Of a DNA stretch of 64,000 bases, positions 28,430-38,487 are shown one piece after another. Position 1 is the stretch's first letter, and each line of letters starts with the position of its first letter. This DNA is from a virus, in the IMG/VR virus record IMGVR_UViG_3300032268_000293, positions 15,832-79,831 of that record; one strand, given 5' to 3'. Below the pieces are notes generated by a model, which saw only the letters and a list, made by a program, of their open reading frames with translations, was not told the origin of the DNA and did no database searches. A program made the translations under genes and the position numbers.

Positions 28430-28770
28430 CTTCCTCTCCATACATTAGTAATTATTTCTACTCTTGTTTTCTGTAGTTTTAATACACCTTCGCAGAATTT
28501 TTCATTGCTAGATGCTTGGGCTTTTTTCAACGCTTCTTCTAAATCACCCAACGCTTGTGCTTGCGGGTCTTTTCTTAAAGTAGCATAGGTTTTTAATTGC
28601 TCAACTTTCGAAAATGTTGTTTTCCAATCTCTATCAACGCAATTTAGTTTATCGACTGACAATTTTACTTCAACTAATCTATCGAACATAACTGGATCGT
28701 GTGGTTTTGGCATTATGAAAGAGCAACCTGTTAGCACAACTAATGCTATACCTGCTATTAGTTTCTTCAT
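28426..28770 (-). CDS. lipoprotein
   Basis: Lipobox LTGC. Confidence 0.75.
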   Translation of the reverse strand: MKKLIAGIALVVLTGCSFIMPKPHDPVMFDRLVEVKLSVDKLNCVDRDWKTTFSKVEQLKTYATLRKDPQAQALGDLEEALKKAQASSNEKFCEGVLKLQKTRVEIITNVWRGR

Positions 28771-28772
28771 GT

Positions 28773-29984
28773 TTACCTCGGTCTATTTAAAAAGTTATTT
28801 CTAGAAAATTCAAGACGATCAACCAATTTAACAACACGATCTCCCTGAACAGCTACGAATCCTTCTGGTGTTGTAGGAACAAGAGAATTACCTCGCTCAA
28901 CAAAACCAGAAACCCCTGTCTCTAATTTATTTAATTTGTTTACAATTATCATTTTACATGTAACAATCAAAGAAAACGCTTCATACGCTTTCTCAAGAAC
29001 AACTCTGTTCTTATCGAGAAAGTCAATTATCTGCTGTCTCTCATCATTCTTCTTTTGTTTGGTGGCAGCTGTTTTAACTTTATCAATATCTTTTTGCAGT
29101 TCATCATGAACATACTGAGCAAACCCATGCGCCTGAGAGACACCAACGTAACTACCAGCACGAACATTAGCATTATTGTATTTTGCCATCAATGGATACA
29201 GCTGCTTATGTGTTGAGAGATAAGATAAGAATGATGTTGGTATTGCTACTTTAAGTTTCTCTAACTGAGCATGTGCTTTTAGAATAGTGGCTTGCTCTGA
29301 TGCAGAGAGCGATAGATCCTTTGTTTTGTCTTTAAGGATAGCGTCATCAACAAACACATTCTTTGATTTCTTTAATCCAGCAATAGAATAACCGAAATTG
29401 GCTTTCATTGTAGCAGGATCAGAGCCAGTGTAGTAAGTATGAAAAATAATACCCATTTTACTTGCGATGATTCTTCTACCAAGATCACTATCAGCAACGA
29501 CAGCATATACAATAGTATTGGGTTTGAAAGTAACATGTTTTACTCCATCAATTGTTTGTGGCTTTAGATCGCCTTCAGTATAAAGAAAATCGCCCTGAAC
29601 AGTTCCATTAATACCAAGATCTCTGCAGTATTTTAAAGCATACTTCATTTTCTCAACAAGACCTGGAGAATGTCCATGGTTTGCGATAATATCTGCTTCT
29701 GTTCTGTTAAGTTTCGGATTCGCATTGAATGCTGACTTTGAAGCGACCCAATAATCTGTTCCTGAATCGTGAACAATAATTGAAGGAGAACCATCCCACT
29801 TCGTAGTAATTAATGTTCCTGATGGTTTATTATACAAAGCATTGACATAAATCTGAATACTCTCTATGGCAAAATCTAAACCTGCCTTACCTTCCTCGAA
29901 CATCAAATCTTCTAGATGCGAGAGATGTTTTAAACGAGTAGTATCGTTTACTGCTTCTGCTATGTAACCTTTTAAATTATACAT
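28773..29984 (-). CDS. DUF6267-like protein with ATP-dependent ligase/capping-type motifs
   Basis: TKWDGSP (motif I), QGDFL, PEGFVA (IV), VKLVDRLEFS (V). Confidence 0.65.
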   Translation of the reverse strand: MYNLKGYIAEAVNDTTRLKHLSHLEDLMFEEGKAGLDFAIESIQIYVNALYNKPSGTLITTKWDGSPSIIVHDSGTDYWVASKSAFNANPKLNRTEADIIANHGHSPGLVEKMKYALKYCRDLGINGTVQGDFLYTEGDLKPQTIDGVKHVTFKPNTIVYAVVADSDLGRRIIASKMGIIFHTYYTGSDPATMKANFGYSIAGLKKSKNVFVDDAILKDKTKDLSLSASEQATILKAHAQLEKLKVAIPTSFLSYLSTHKQLYPLMAKYNNANVRAGSYVGVSQAHGFAQYVHDELQKDIDKVKTAATKQKKNDERQQIIDFLDKNRVVLEKAYEAFSLIVTCKMIIVNKLNKLETGVSGFVERGNSLVPTTPEGFVAVQGDRVVKLVDRLEFSRNNFLNRPR

Positions 29985-29992
29985 TTCTTGCC

Positions 29993-31294
29993 TTATTTGA
30001 TTACGATGTATAGAGAACTATCAGTGCTCAACTTCTTAGAACTAAAATAACAGAATGTCATATTCTCCTGAAATTTGGTTTTCGGTGAAATCATGAAACT
30101 ATAAAGATATGAGATCAAGTTCGCGAATCTATCTTTAGTTAATTTATCTGCCTTACTGAACAATGCTTCTGCTTGCTTGTAGTCTTTAATCGTATTTGAT
30201 AAACGTGGGAATTTGGTAAACATCTCTTTTAATTCTGTTTTGGCTTTGGTATAATCGCTTGCTGATACACCAACACCACTACGAACAGTATAACCATACT
30301 TCTGCTTTTGATGTGGTCCATACTGTTTAGCATCAACAGCACCAAGTTGATAACCTGCACCAATAAATCTACCTTCTAGAGATACATTTAATGTTGTGGC
30401 AGATGCTTTAAAACCACAACGAACAGCAAAACCAGATTTCGTTTGGACAATAAAATTAGCAAAAGTATCTGACAAATCTACTTTAGAAAATGTCATGTCA
30501 TAATCTAATTTCTGATTCATTTGAGATGCTGGGTCAGTTATCTCGAGAACAGCTTTATCTTCAGTAACTTGCTTTAAAGAAATAGGAATAAGATCTTTCT
30601 TCTTGAATGCTGCAGCAATACCATTATTCAGTTCTTCAATAGAAGTTGCATTTACAAGTTTCTTAATGTCGTATGTTTTCTTAATCATCCAAACGTCAGC
30701 TGGATTCCAGTTGTCATTTGCTTTACCAGATAATTTTCTGCCAGTCTTATACAAGTTATCAGTTAGATTTGACGCTTGTCTTTCATAATGATACCCTTTG
30801 TTACTGCCCATAAACTTCTTTATAACAACTGTTTGTTTTGCAGCGGATTCATAATAAATTGATTGGTATAAGTTTTTCTTGCTACCAATTTTCTGCATAA
30901 TCTGTTCTTCAGTTAAGGTTTTGTTCGATTCAATTGCTGCCTCAAACATATACATGCTAATCAATTCTTTTAACTCAGTAAGAGCACCTGTGTTGCTCTT
31001 GGAATTTTCGCTGAAATGATTAAAACAATTATTGATTGAACTTTCAGAACCTTTTATAAGAACAACTTTTTTATTGGCATCAATTAGAGTTATAGTATCT
31101 TTACCAGATGCTAATTCAATTACAAGACTTATGTCTTTTGTCTTTGCTGTTTTTGTGATGGTGAACACCGATTCACCAAGTTTATACTTGTTATCAGTAA
31201 ACTTCTTTCCTGTTGATGGTGGAATCTTATCTGATTCCTTTAGAACTATTTTATGTCCCTCACCATACTTTGAACTACCAACAATTGATGCCAT
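29993..31294 (-). CDS. hypothetical protein, possible PD-(D/E)xK-like nuclease fold
   Basis: WNPADVW...IPISLKQ. Confidence 0.5.
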   Translation of the reverse strand: MASIVGSSKYGEGHKIVLKESDKIPPSTGKKFTDNKYKLGESVFTITKTAKTKDISLVIELASGKDTITLIDANKKVVLIKGSESSINNCFNHFSENSKSNTGALTELKELISMYMFEAAIESNKTLTEEQIMQKIGSKKNLYQSIYYESAAKQTVVIKKFMGSNKGYHYERQASNLTDNLYKTGRKLSGKANDNWNPADVWMIKKTYDIKKLVNATSIEELNNGIAAAFKKKDLIPISLKQVTEDKAVLEITDPASQMNQKLDYDMTFSKVDLSDTFANFIVQTKSGFAVRCGFKASATTLNVSLEGRFIGAGYQLGAVDAKQYGPHQKQKYGYTVRSGVGVSASDYTKAKTELKEMFTKFPRLSNTIKDYKQAEALFSKADKLTKDRFANLISYLYSFMISPKTKFQENMTFCYFSSKKLSTDSSLYIVIK

Positions 31295-31306
31295 ATTTTT
31301 CCAAAA

Positions 31307-32026
31307 TTAACTCTGTTTTTTTCTTTGCTTACAAAGAACTCTCTCATATTTATTGTTCCATTTAATGACTTGTTTAAACAACTTGGGTATTGCTTGGTTG
31401 TTGTGAGCATCGTAATTAAATGTTCTGAGATAGTATCGTAGAGTTTTTGAATCTCGACTTTTTCTGGCTCTAGAAAGTAATTGAGTTATTGGAACATTTG
31501 GTCGATTTCTTTTAAAGTCCAAGTATATACAATGGGCATATGCTTGTATTTCATCAAACTCCGAAAGATATTTTCTTTCTTCGTTCTTTTTAAGCTGTTT
31601 TACTTTTTTGTAGGGAAGAACATAATTTGACCACTCATCACATCTTCTATCAAACTGCATAAAATGCACAAGTTCATGCATAGCAATTTGAATGAGTCTG
31701 AATTTAAATTTATTCCACGTTGTTTCTGTAAACGGGAATTTGTCAAAGTAATCTGTATAAATGTGTATAGCACACTGTCGTTCTTGTGGGTCATATTCAC
31801 CACCCATTGCGACGTTTGTTAAATAGAATTTCGACTTCAGTTTCTCTGGGCGATACTCAACTTTAGTGCGCCATTTTTTGAAGTAGTTTGATAGACCCTT
31901 AGAATCGTTGCGATACAGGTCTAAATCGTTCCAAATTTTTGATGGAATGAATTTTGCTCTGAACGGACGTTCAGAGAAAGGTAGAAAATCTATGAAATCG
32001 ATATTTACTTGTTTGAGATGTTCCAT
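31307..32026 (-). CDS. putative HExxH zinc metalloprotein
   Basis: AMHELVHFMQ with downstream DEIQAYA. Confidence 0.6.
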   Translation of the reverse strand: MEHLKQVNIDFIDFLPFSERPFRAKFIPSKIWNDLDLYRNDSKGLSNYFKKWRTKVEYRPEKLKSKFYLTNVAMGGEYDPQERQCAIHIYTDYFDKFPFTETTWNKFKFRLIQIAMHELVHFMQFDRRCDEWSNYVLPYKKVKQLKKNEERKYLSEFDEIQAYAHCIYLDFKRNRPNVPITQLLSRARKSRDSKTLRYYLRTFNYDAHNNQAIPKLFKQVIKWNNKYERVLCKQRKKQS

Positions 32027-32060
32027 AGCAACCCCATAAGGTCAGGAATATTTATCCTTT

Positions 32061-32089
32061 ATTATACCTTATGGGTTGTTCGGTGTCAA
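32061..32089 (-). promoter_or_regulatory. sigma70-type early promoter
   Basis: TTGACA-N17-TATAAT. Confidence 0.8.
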
Positions 32090-32094
32090 ACAGT

Positions 32095-33444
32095 TTATCC
32101 GAAAAATTCGTCTAAACTCTGGGTTTCTTGCGTTTCGAAGTGTTCATCGAACATATTTCGCGAATTTTTAGCCAAGTTTGGATCGAAATTCGTTTTTGTA
32201 AGAAGTTCGTTTAGATACCCAGTTGGCTTTTGTTCAGCCAAATCAACATAATGCTGGGCAATACGCTTACGATCAAACTGCTGGATTAACTCATAGTTGT
32301 TGTTGACGATACGCATATACTCAGTCTCTGGCATATCGCAGTACTCAGCGATCTTTTCGCCATATTCTTTTGGTGTATAGGACTTCTTAAGCATACAGTA
32401 GTTGACCCCTGCTTTCAGAAGAACACCATTACCTTCTTCGTTGTTGGAAACGCCATAGTTCACAGCGATGGGCACAGTCCCGATACGCATAGCATCCACG
32501 ACAACCCGATTGAAATGCTCACCAAAAGTGTTAGACCAACTAGAATCAATAAGAAATCTAGAAGTTGATAAAATCTCGTCACGTTTTCCTCCAGAAATAA
32601 AACCAAGATACTCGAAGTTGCCTGAGTTTTCGGCATTTTCCCAAATACGTTTACCTTCCCTATCAGGTGTTACGTCTGGGTCATATTGCCTAGTAGCAAA
32701 ATAATCTTCTTTACATTTTTCCTTCGACATCATGTATGCTGCTTCAATACCATAACCACCAACAAGGGTTTTGACATTTTTCATGTAAGGTACTGCACGA
32801 ATAAGGTCGTCCACACGCTTCCAGCGTTTAAATGTCTGTATTGACAGGATTTTGTTCTCGCGACCAGCAAACTGCGGAGTAGGTGGTACGCCAGCGATAT
32901 CCTGAGGGTTTAAAATTAACGCTCGAGGTGTGGACATAAAATCAGCTGAGTCATACGCAGCAGGGTGTACGCATGCGAGACCAGCAAAATGTTTTTCAAA
33001 TATACTAATCCAAGGATAGAGTTTCTTTAGATTTGCGTCATGAATAATTACAATTTGTTTTGCTTTGACATTCTCAATCATTGGCAACCAATCTTTATAT
33101 TTCTCGGTGTCCTTGTTTTTAAAACCGAAAATAGATTGCCAAATAATAATATCGTGTTTGTTTGCGTCTTCAACAAATTTGTCGATGGACTCTTTTACTT
33201 TATAAGAATAATATGGTGCCATCCAACCATCACCTTGATGAACAGGATAACCAGAACCAATACCAATCTCCCATCCTTCCTTCAATTCAGAAGGAATCTC
33301 AACAGGACGAACTGTCTTTGTGCCTTTAAGGTAGGCAAAATTTACTTCATGACCAAGTTCTTTTAATCCTGCCATTAGATGTTCGCAGTGATTAATGATT
33401 CCACCAAAGTTGTTGAAGGTGTGCATTACCATTAAAATTCTCAT
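32095..33444 (-). CDS. GT-B fold glycosyltransferase, probably acting on DNA
   Basis: MRILMV...GGI N-terminus, FKRWKRVDDLIRAV, GEHFNRVVVDAM; in an operon with the TET/JBP gene. Confidence 0.85.
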   Translation of the reverse strand: MRILMVMHTFNNFGGIINHCEHLMAGLKELGHEVNFAYLKGTKTVRPVEIPSELKEGWEIGIGSGYPVHQGDGWMAPYYSYKVKESIDKFVEDANKHDIIIWQSIFGFKNKDTEKYKDWLPMIENVKAKQIVIIHDANLKKLYPWISIFEKHFAGLACVHPAAYDSADFMSTPRALILNPQDIAGVPPTPQFAGRENKILSIQTFKRWKRVDDLIRAVPYMKNVKTLVGGYGIEAAYMMSKEKCKEDYFATRQYDPDVTPDREGKRIWENAENSGNFEYLGFISGGKRDEILSTSRFLIDSSWSNTFGEHFNRVVVDAMRIGTVPIAVNYGVSNNEEGNGVLLKAGVNYCMLKKSYTPKEYGEKIAEYCDMPETEYMRIVNNNYELIQQFDRKRIAQHYVDLAEQKPTGYLNELLTKTNFDPNLAKNSRNMFDEHFETQETQSLDEFFG

Positions 33445-34271
33445 GTCCAAAGTCCTTGTCTAATTTTAATCAAACGAATCATCATGTCTTCGTCTTCTTG
33501 TTCATAGCGTTGCTCAATTTCAGTGCACAAGTCAAGTGCTTTTTTAGTTTCTTCTTTTTCTTCTTCGGTACGATCCTCAAAGTCAAGGAATCCTTTATCA
33601 GCCTCGCGACGTTTATCGCAAATAGCAGACCAACCAGATGCTTCGTGGGCATCAACACGTTTTGGTCGCTCAACTGTCCACCAAGTATATAGATCTAGAA
33701 TTTCTTGCGCTTTAATTGCTTGGTGAGTTAATTTACCAAAACCCTCATCATCGGGTTTGAGACCCCAATCTTCACCAGCTGTCAATTTACGTTGCCATTC
33801 TAGATTAGCAAGTCCGCACTCTGGATTGCGCCAAGTGCGCCAACGGAACCATCCTGTGGCATACCAAGGTGATTTAAACTTCTTGCGTGACTCTTCATCC
33901 CAAACAACATGCCACCACGCAAGTTCTACTTCCACAAAATCGACAAGTTCATTGAAGAGGCATGGTAGGAAGCGATTTCCGACATCACACCAGTTTCCTG
34001 GCTTAATGTCACGAGGGTGGGCAGTAAGAGAATGAGTGCGAGTAACCCAGCGATTATTGATGTAGTATTTAACAGAGTAAATCGCATCAGGAATGTATAG
34101 AATTGCTCCCTGAATCGCATCAAGACCTTCTTCGGCAAGCCAGTATCGAAATTTGTGTGCTTCTTTTGCAGCTGCATTCCAGTTTCTCCATCCCTTTGAT
34201 GTTTCTGCGTGTGGCTTTGGTGTCCCACGAAGCCAGTCGGCGAATTTAGTGCATGACCAATAGTTGCGCAT
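33441..34271 (-). CDS. Trp-rich conserved hypothetical protein
   Basis: 276 aa, coupled to the glycosyltransferase. Confidence 0.75.
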   Translation of the reverse strand: MRNYWSCTKFADWLRGTPKPHAETSKGWRNWNAAAKEAHKFRYWLAEEGLDAIQGAILYIPDAIYSVKYYINNRWVTRTHSLTAHPRDIKPGNWCDVGNRFLPCLFNELVDFVEVELAWWHVVWDEESRKKFKSPWYATGWFRWRTWRNPECGLANLEWQRKLTAGEDWGLKPDDEGFGKLTHQAIKAQEILDLYTWWTVERPKRVDAHEASGWSAICDKRREADKGFLDFEDRTEEEKEETKKALDLCTEIEQRYEQEDEDMMIRLIKIRQGLWT

Positions 34272-34274
34272 GTT

Positions 34275-34490
34275 TTACCTCTTTAAATTTATGTATTCTT
34301 TAAAATAATTATCAAATTTGTTAATTAAGCTCTCAATGTCACTGCTGTTTGTAAGATCCTCAACTATGCGCTTCTCATCCATATTAAACTGTTTCGCATA
34401 TCTTCTTGCGATACTTAGAAGAGTCGCAACTCTCATGTTAGGACTCTTCAAATTTAATGAAAGTTTTTGTCTTTCTTCACGAAAACTCAT
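34275..34490 (-). CDS. hypothetical protein
   Basis: 71 aa, coupled to the dioxygenase. Confidence 0.6.
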   Translation of the reverse strand: MSFREERQKLSLNLKSPNMRVATLLSIARRYAKQFNMDEKRIVEDLTNSSDIESLINKFDNYFKEYINLKR

Positions 34491-35800
34491 ACAAAGAATT
34501 CATCAATATCAGCCTTTACCGCATTGGGATGATACTTCGCCAAATCTTCTTCACCAAGTTTGTTGCGAAGGTAATCATACCACTCTTGTTCTTCCCACAT
34601 TCCTGGGGAAACACCATTCCATAGTTTTTTCCATAGAGGGTGTTCTTTGTTCAATCTACGAGACTCAACATATTCATATCTAGTATTTTCGTATTCGTAC
34701 GATCCAAGTTCTAACATGTTTTCACGCAAATAAACAACAAGCGAAACACGCTCAGAACCTTCTTCGCATACGATTGGTGTGTTACCATGAATAACCTCAT
34801 GATTGTTTACCAACAACAAATCTCCTGGACGAACATTTACGGCAATACGAATTTCAGGGAAAATCAAATAACCACCTGTGTATCTACCATCATTAGAAAG
34901 TGTCAACAGATTTGAAAGACCATCAGAAAAGTCGCCAGCATCACGATGAGCAGCAGTTCTAAATGTTTTATTTACTGTTACTGTAGTAAAAGGTGTCTCA
35001 GGAATAACAAATCTTGGATCAATTTTATCTGTTGCTACTTTCTGAGCGGAATATCTTGTTGGTAATAGTGTCTCAAAACCTCTAGCCAAATGCTGAAGGA
35101 AGGGATACGCCATCTTAAACTTCTCAAAATTATCACGAGTATATGTAGTCGCACGACCAAACGGAATACGAGGATAACGATCGAACCAACCTGCGATACC
35201 AGAATCAACTGGATTACCATAGGATGTTTCACTAACCATCTTCATAGTTTCTTGTGTTGATTCTGCTCTCTGCGCAGGTGTCAACGGAATAATACTGTCA
35301 ACCCACTCATCAAAATTAAATTTGTTGCGGAAACGTGAGATAACCCAAACATTATTCTTACCCGAACCCAATGCTTTCAAACGTGACTCTGGTGTTGGAT
35401 AACGTGAACGAATTTCTTCAATAACATCCTCATCTCCGAGTTTGGCTTTTTCTGCGTTGAGTAAAGCAAGCATTAGTTCTTCCTGATAATTTGTTACCCA
35501 CTCACGACCTTCGCCTGTTACCGATGTCCCTTCTTTGATACCAGAAGCAAGTCCACGATTTTCAGTACGAACAGCAGCCTCACGCAATCCAGCATATGCT
35601 GCGTCTTGTTCTTCCTTTGAGAAAAAGTTTTTTCTAAACTTAAAGGCAATATGCCTTTCGTCTGGATCAACTCCATAACCAGATGGAAGATAACAATCCG
35701 TATCCTCTTCAATCAAAATATCATAATTGGACTCATCAACAAACATACCAAGTAAATGTTCGCAGTCATGTTTTTGTTCTAGTTTAATTACACGTGTCAT
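34487..35800 (-). CDS. TET/JBP-family 2OG-Fe(II) 5-methylpyrimidine dioxygenase
   Basis: TPFTTVTVN..FRTAAHRDAGD (HxD), HEVIHGNTP (distal H), RVSLVVYLRE (2OG-binding R). Confidence 0.85.
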   Translation of the reverse strand: MTRVIKLEQKHDCEHLLGMFVDESNYDILIEEDTDCYLPSGYGVDPDERHIAFKFRKNFFSKEEQDAAYAGLREAAVRTENRGLASGIKEGTSVTGEGREWVTNYQEELMLALLNAEKAKLGDEDVIEEIRSRYPTPESRLKALGSGKNNVWVISRFRNKFNFDEWVDSIIPLTPAQRAESTQETMKMVSETSYGNPVDSGIAGWFDRYPRIPFGRATTYTRDNFEKFKMAYPFLQHLARGFETLLPTRYSAQKVATDKIDPRFVIPETPFTTVTVNKTFRTAAHRDAGDFSDGLSNLLTLSNDGRYTGGYLIFPEIRIAVNVRPGDLLLVNNHEVIHGNTPIVCEEGSERVSLVVYLRENMLELGSYEYENTRYEYVESRRLNKEHPLWKKLWNGVSPGMWEEQEWYDYLRNKLGEEDLAKYHPNAVKADIDEFFV

Positions 35801-37191
35801 ACTTTAAACCCTTCGAAATTGTTTTCTTCTATTCTTTTACCAAAAGAACTTTGATCAAATAGAGGAACATCATTATCAACTTTACCCATACCACCCAAAT
35901 TACTTTGAGCACTCATCTCAACATCATATAGACGCATATGTTTACGATCAACTCCAACAATAAATCTCTTATAGAAATTTGGATCAGAATAACGATTCTT
36001 CAACTGTTTCACCATAATCTGATTCAACTCCGCAAGTTCCTCTGTACTAATTAGAGCAATCATTAAGTCTGCTGTTGCTGGCAAACCGAAAGATTCAGAA
36101 GTATCTTCAAGACCAACATCAGTGTTACTATAACCAGAACGTGTAGTTTGTGTAGCAGAAACAATTGGCACTTTATACTCAACAGCCAAACCACGAAGTT
36201 CTTCTGCGATTGCTTTAATATATGTATAAGAGTTTACATTTCCACTCAGTTTCAAACGCTGACTTGCACAAATATTAATATAATCGATAAAGATAATGTC
36301 TGGCGTAAAGTCTTTCTTCAATCTCAACTCTTCAAGCAAAGCACGGAAATGACCAGCATGAGCAGAAGTGGTAGGATATTCTTTTACGACCAATTTACCA
36401 TTCGTCTTTTCTTTCAACTTCTCAACACGAGAATCAAAGACCCTACGCTCAACCATCTTCAATCCTTCCATAGAAAGATCAAGTAGGTTTGCGTCAATAC
36501 GTTCTGCAATCTTTTCCTCAGCCATCTCCATGGTTATGTATAAAACATTAACACCCTTCATCAACATAGACGAAGCAAAATGACACATTGCCAAAGATTT
36601 ACCAACACCAGTACCAGCAAGAATAATGTTCAGCGTTTTCTTACTGACTCCTCCGTTCGTGATTTTATTGAGAAGTTCAATGTCGAAAGGAATCTTCTCT
36701 TCAACCCTGTGATAAAAATCATAACGATCAGCAGCATTTTCAAGATAGTCATGACCAACATGATTATCAAATGAAACGGCAAGAGCATCGCTAAGAATAG
36801 AAACAATCGCATCTTGGTTACGGTTTTTATCTTTTCCATCAATTATTTTGATTGAACTGAGAATAGCATTATAAACTGCTTTATCTTTACAGAATTTTTC
36901 TGTTGATTCAACCAACCACTCCTCATTAGAATGTTCATCCGCAAAATCTTCAACAAGTTCGTTAATGTTTTTTACTTGTTCGTCAGTAACATCAGTTCTA
37001 TTACTTACTTCAATTTTAACAATATCTTTACTTGGAACCTTACCATACTTGTTAAAGAATTTATCAATTTCCTCAAAAACAATACGATCTGTTCTCTCAG
37101 TAAAATACTCAGGAACCAGAAAGGGCATAACCTTTCTGGAATATTCCTCATTAGAAATTAGATTTGAAAAAATCTGATTTTCAATTCTCAT
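35797..37191 (-). CDS. 41: replicative helicase gp41
   Basis: [21 protein letters not shown] and KQLKNRY motifs. Confidence 0.97.
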   Translation of the reverse strand: MRIENQIFSNLISNEEYSRKVMPFLVPEYFTERTDRIVFEEIDKFFNKYGKVPSKDIVKIEVSNRTDVTDEQVKNINELVEDFADEHSNEEWLVESTEKFCKDKAVYNAILSSIKIIDGKDKNRNQDAIVSILSDALAVSFDNHVGHDYLENAADRYDFYHRVEEKIPFDIELLNKITNGGVSKKTLNIILAGTGVGKSLAMCHFASSMLMKGVNVLYITMEMAEEKIAERIDANLLDLSMEGLKMVERRVFDSRVEKLKEKTNGKLVVKEYPTTSAHAGHFRALLEELRLKKDFTPDIIFIDYINICASQRLKLSGNVNSYTYIKAIAEELRGLAVEYKVPIVSATQTTRSGYSNTDVGLEDTSESFGLPATADLMIALISTEELAELNQIMVKQLKNRYSDPNFYKRFIVGVDRKHMRLYDVEMSAQSNLGGMGKVDNDVPLFDQSSFGKRIEENNFEGFKV

Positions 37192-38239
37192 TCAATTCTT
37201 CCTCTAGTTCTTCAATTTCTTGCTCAACGTCACTACCATAATTATACTTTGATTTACAATATTTGTCAAGTTGAGTTAAGATATCCTCAGTGAAGAAATT
37301 AGAGGGATTGCTTGCAATGTTTTTACCGAATACTTTTCTACCATCATGAACCTCGATACGACCACCCTGCGCTTTCCAGATTCCTGCTTCAACAGCAAGA
37401 TCGGTTAGACCATGATGACGATCTAGACCTTTAGTGAAAGACAATTTTGTTTCAACCATAGATTTCTCTCTTGTGAAACGAGACTTCTCAAGTTTACACT
37501 TGATAATATTACCAACAACTTCAGTTCCGTCTTTATCTTGCGACTTAGAAAGGAACACGATTGTTGATGCTGCATATTTCAAGCCATCGCCACCACCCAT
37601 AACTTTAGTTGGAATGTAAGCACCAACTGCTGCGTAAGTATGATTAGTCACAACCATAGCAATATCGAGTTTAGCCAACTTCAAAGATAGCACCCTGAAA
37701 GCACCTCGAATCAACTGCGCACGAGTCATATCTCGTGTATCTTTCCCCTCAAGCGTATCTTCCATTTCTTTAGCAGTTGAAAGCATACCCAATGAATCAA
37801 GGAACAACATCAAAGGTGGGCGATCTTTCTTTGGTGTCTTTTCATAAGCATCTAGAATCTTAGATGCTTGAGTGCGGAATTCTTGAATCGTAGAAACAGG
37901 AACAATAACAAAACGCTTGGTGTCAATACCACGTTCCTGAAGCATGTCCTTCGTCAACGCACCTTCTGTTTCAAAGTAAACGACTCCAGCTTGTTCATTA
38001 GTTCGAAGAAAATTTCCCGCAATGCCAAGAGCATAAAAGGTTTTTCCTGTGGAAGACTCACCAGCCAAAGCTGTAACTTTGTTGCTAGGTAAACCACCAT
38101 AGATGCTACCACTGATAAGAGCATTAAAGGCATAAGAACCAGTATCGATAAAACTGCCAGTATCACCAACCACACCATCATCAGCCAATCCCGCATATTC
38201 ATTATCAAGTTCCTTTACAATATTTTTTAAAAAACTCAT
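37181..38239 (-). CDS. uvsX: RecA-like recombinase UvsX
   Basis: [18 protein letters not shown] and GGGDG motifs. Confidence 0.96.
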   Translation of the reverse strand: MSFLKNIVKELDNEYAGLADDGVVGDTGSFIDTGSYAFNALISGSIYGGLPSNKVTALAGESSTGKTFYALGIAGNFLRTNEQAGVVYFETEGALTKDMLQERGIDTKRFVIVPVSTIQEFRTQASKILDAYEKTPKKDRPPLMLFLDSLGMLSTAKEMEDTLEGKDTRDMTRAQLIRGAFRVLSLKLAKLDIAMVVTNHTYAAVGAYIPTKVMGGGDGLKYAASTIVFLSKSQDKDGTEVVGNIIKCKLEKSRFTREKSMVETKLSFTKGLDRHHGLTDLAVEAGIWKAQGGRIEVHDGRKVFGKNIASNPSNFFTEDILTQLDKYCKSKYNYGSDVEQEIEELEEELNEN

Positions 38240-38448
38240 TCTTTTGTCTCCTCTTCATCTTGTTTCACATACTGAATCTCCTGCGCAATCATTGCCAAAT
38301 ATTCGACAGCGCAAACTAAACAATATGATAATTTTTCGTAACCAAATTCGGGCATGTTTACACGAAACACGTAGTCATCTCTAACTTCACCATGTTTCGG
38401 ACATACACACTTTGGTGGTTTTTCTAGTTGTATATTTTCAGTTTCCAT
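38236..38448 (-). CDS. small zinc-binding protein
   Basis: CPKH...CLVC. Confidence 0.6.
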   Translation of the reverse strand: METENIQLEKPPKCVCPKHGEVRDDYVFRVNMPEFGYEKLSYCLVCAVEYLAMIAQEIQYVKQDEEETKE

Positions 38449-38454
38449 AATAAG

Positions 38455-38483
38455 ATTATACCTCTTTTCTGTTTAAATGTAAA
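38455..38483 (-). promoter_or_regulatory. early promoter for the uvsX-41-TET-GT operon
   Basis: TTTACA-N17-TATAAT. Confidence 0.7.
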
Positions 38484-38487
38484 GTAA

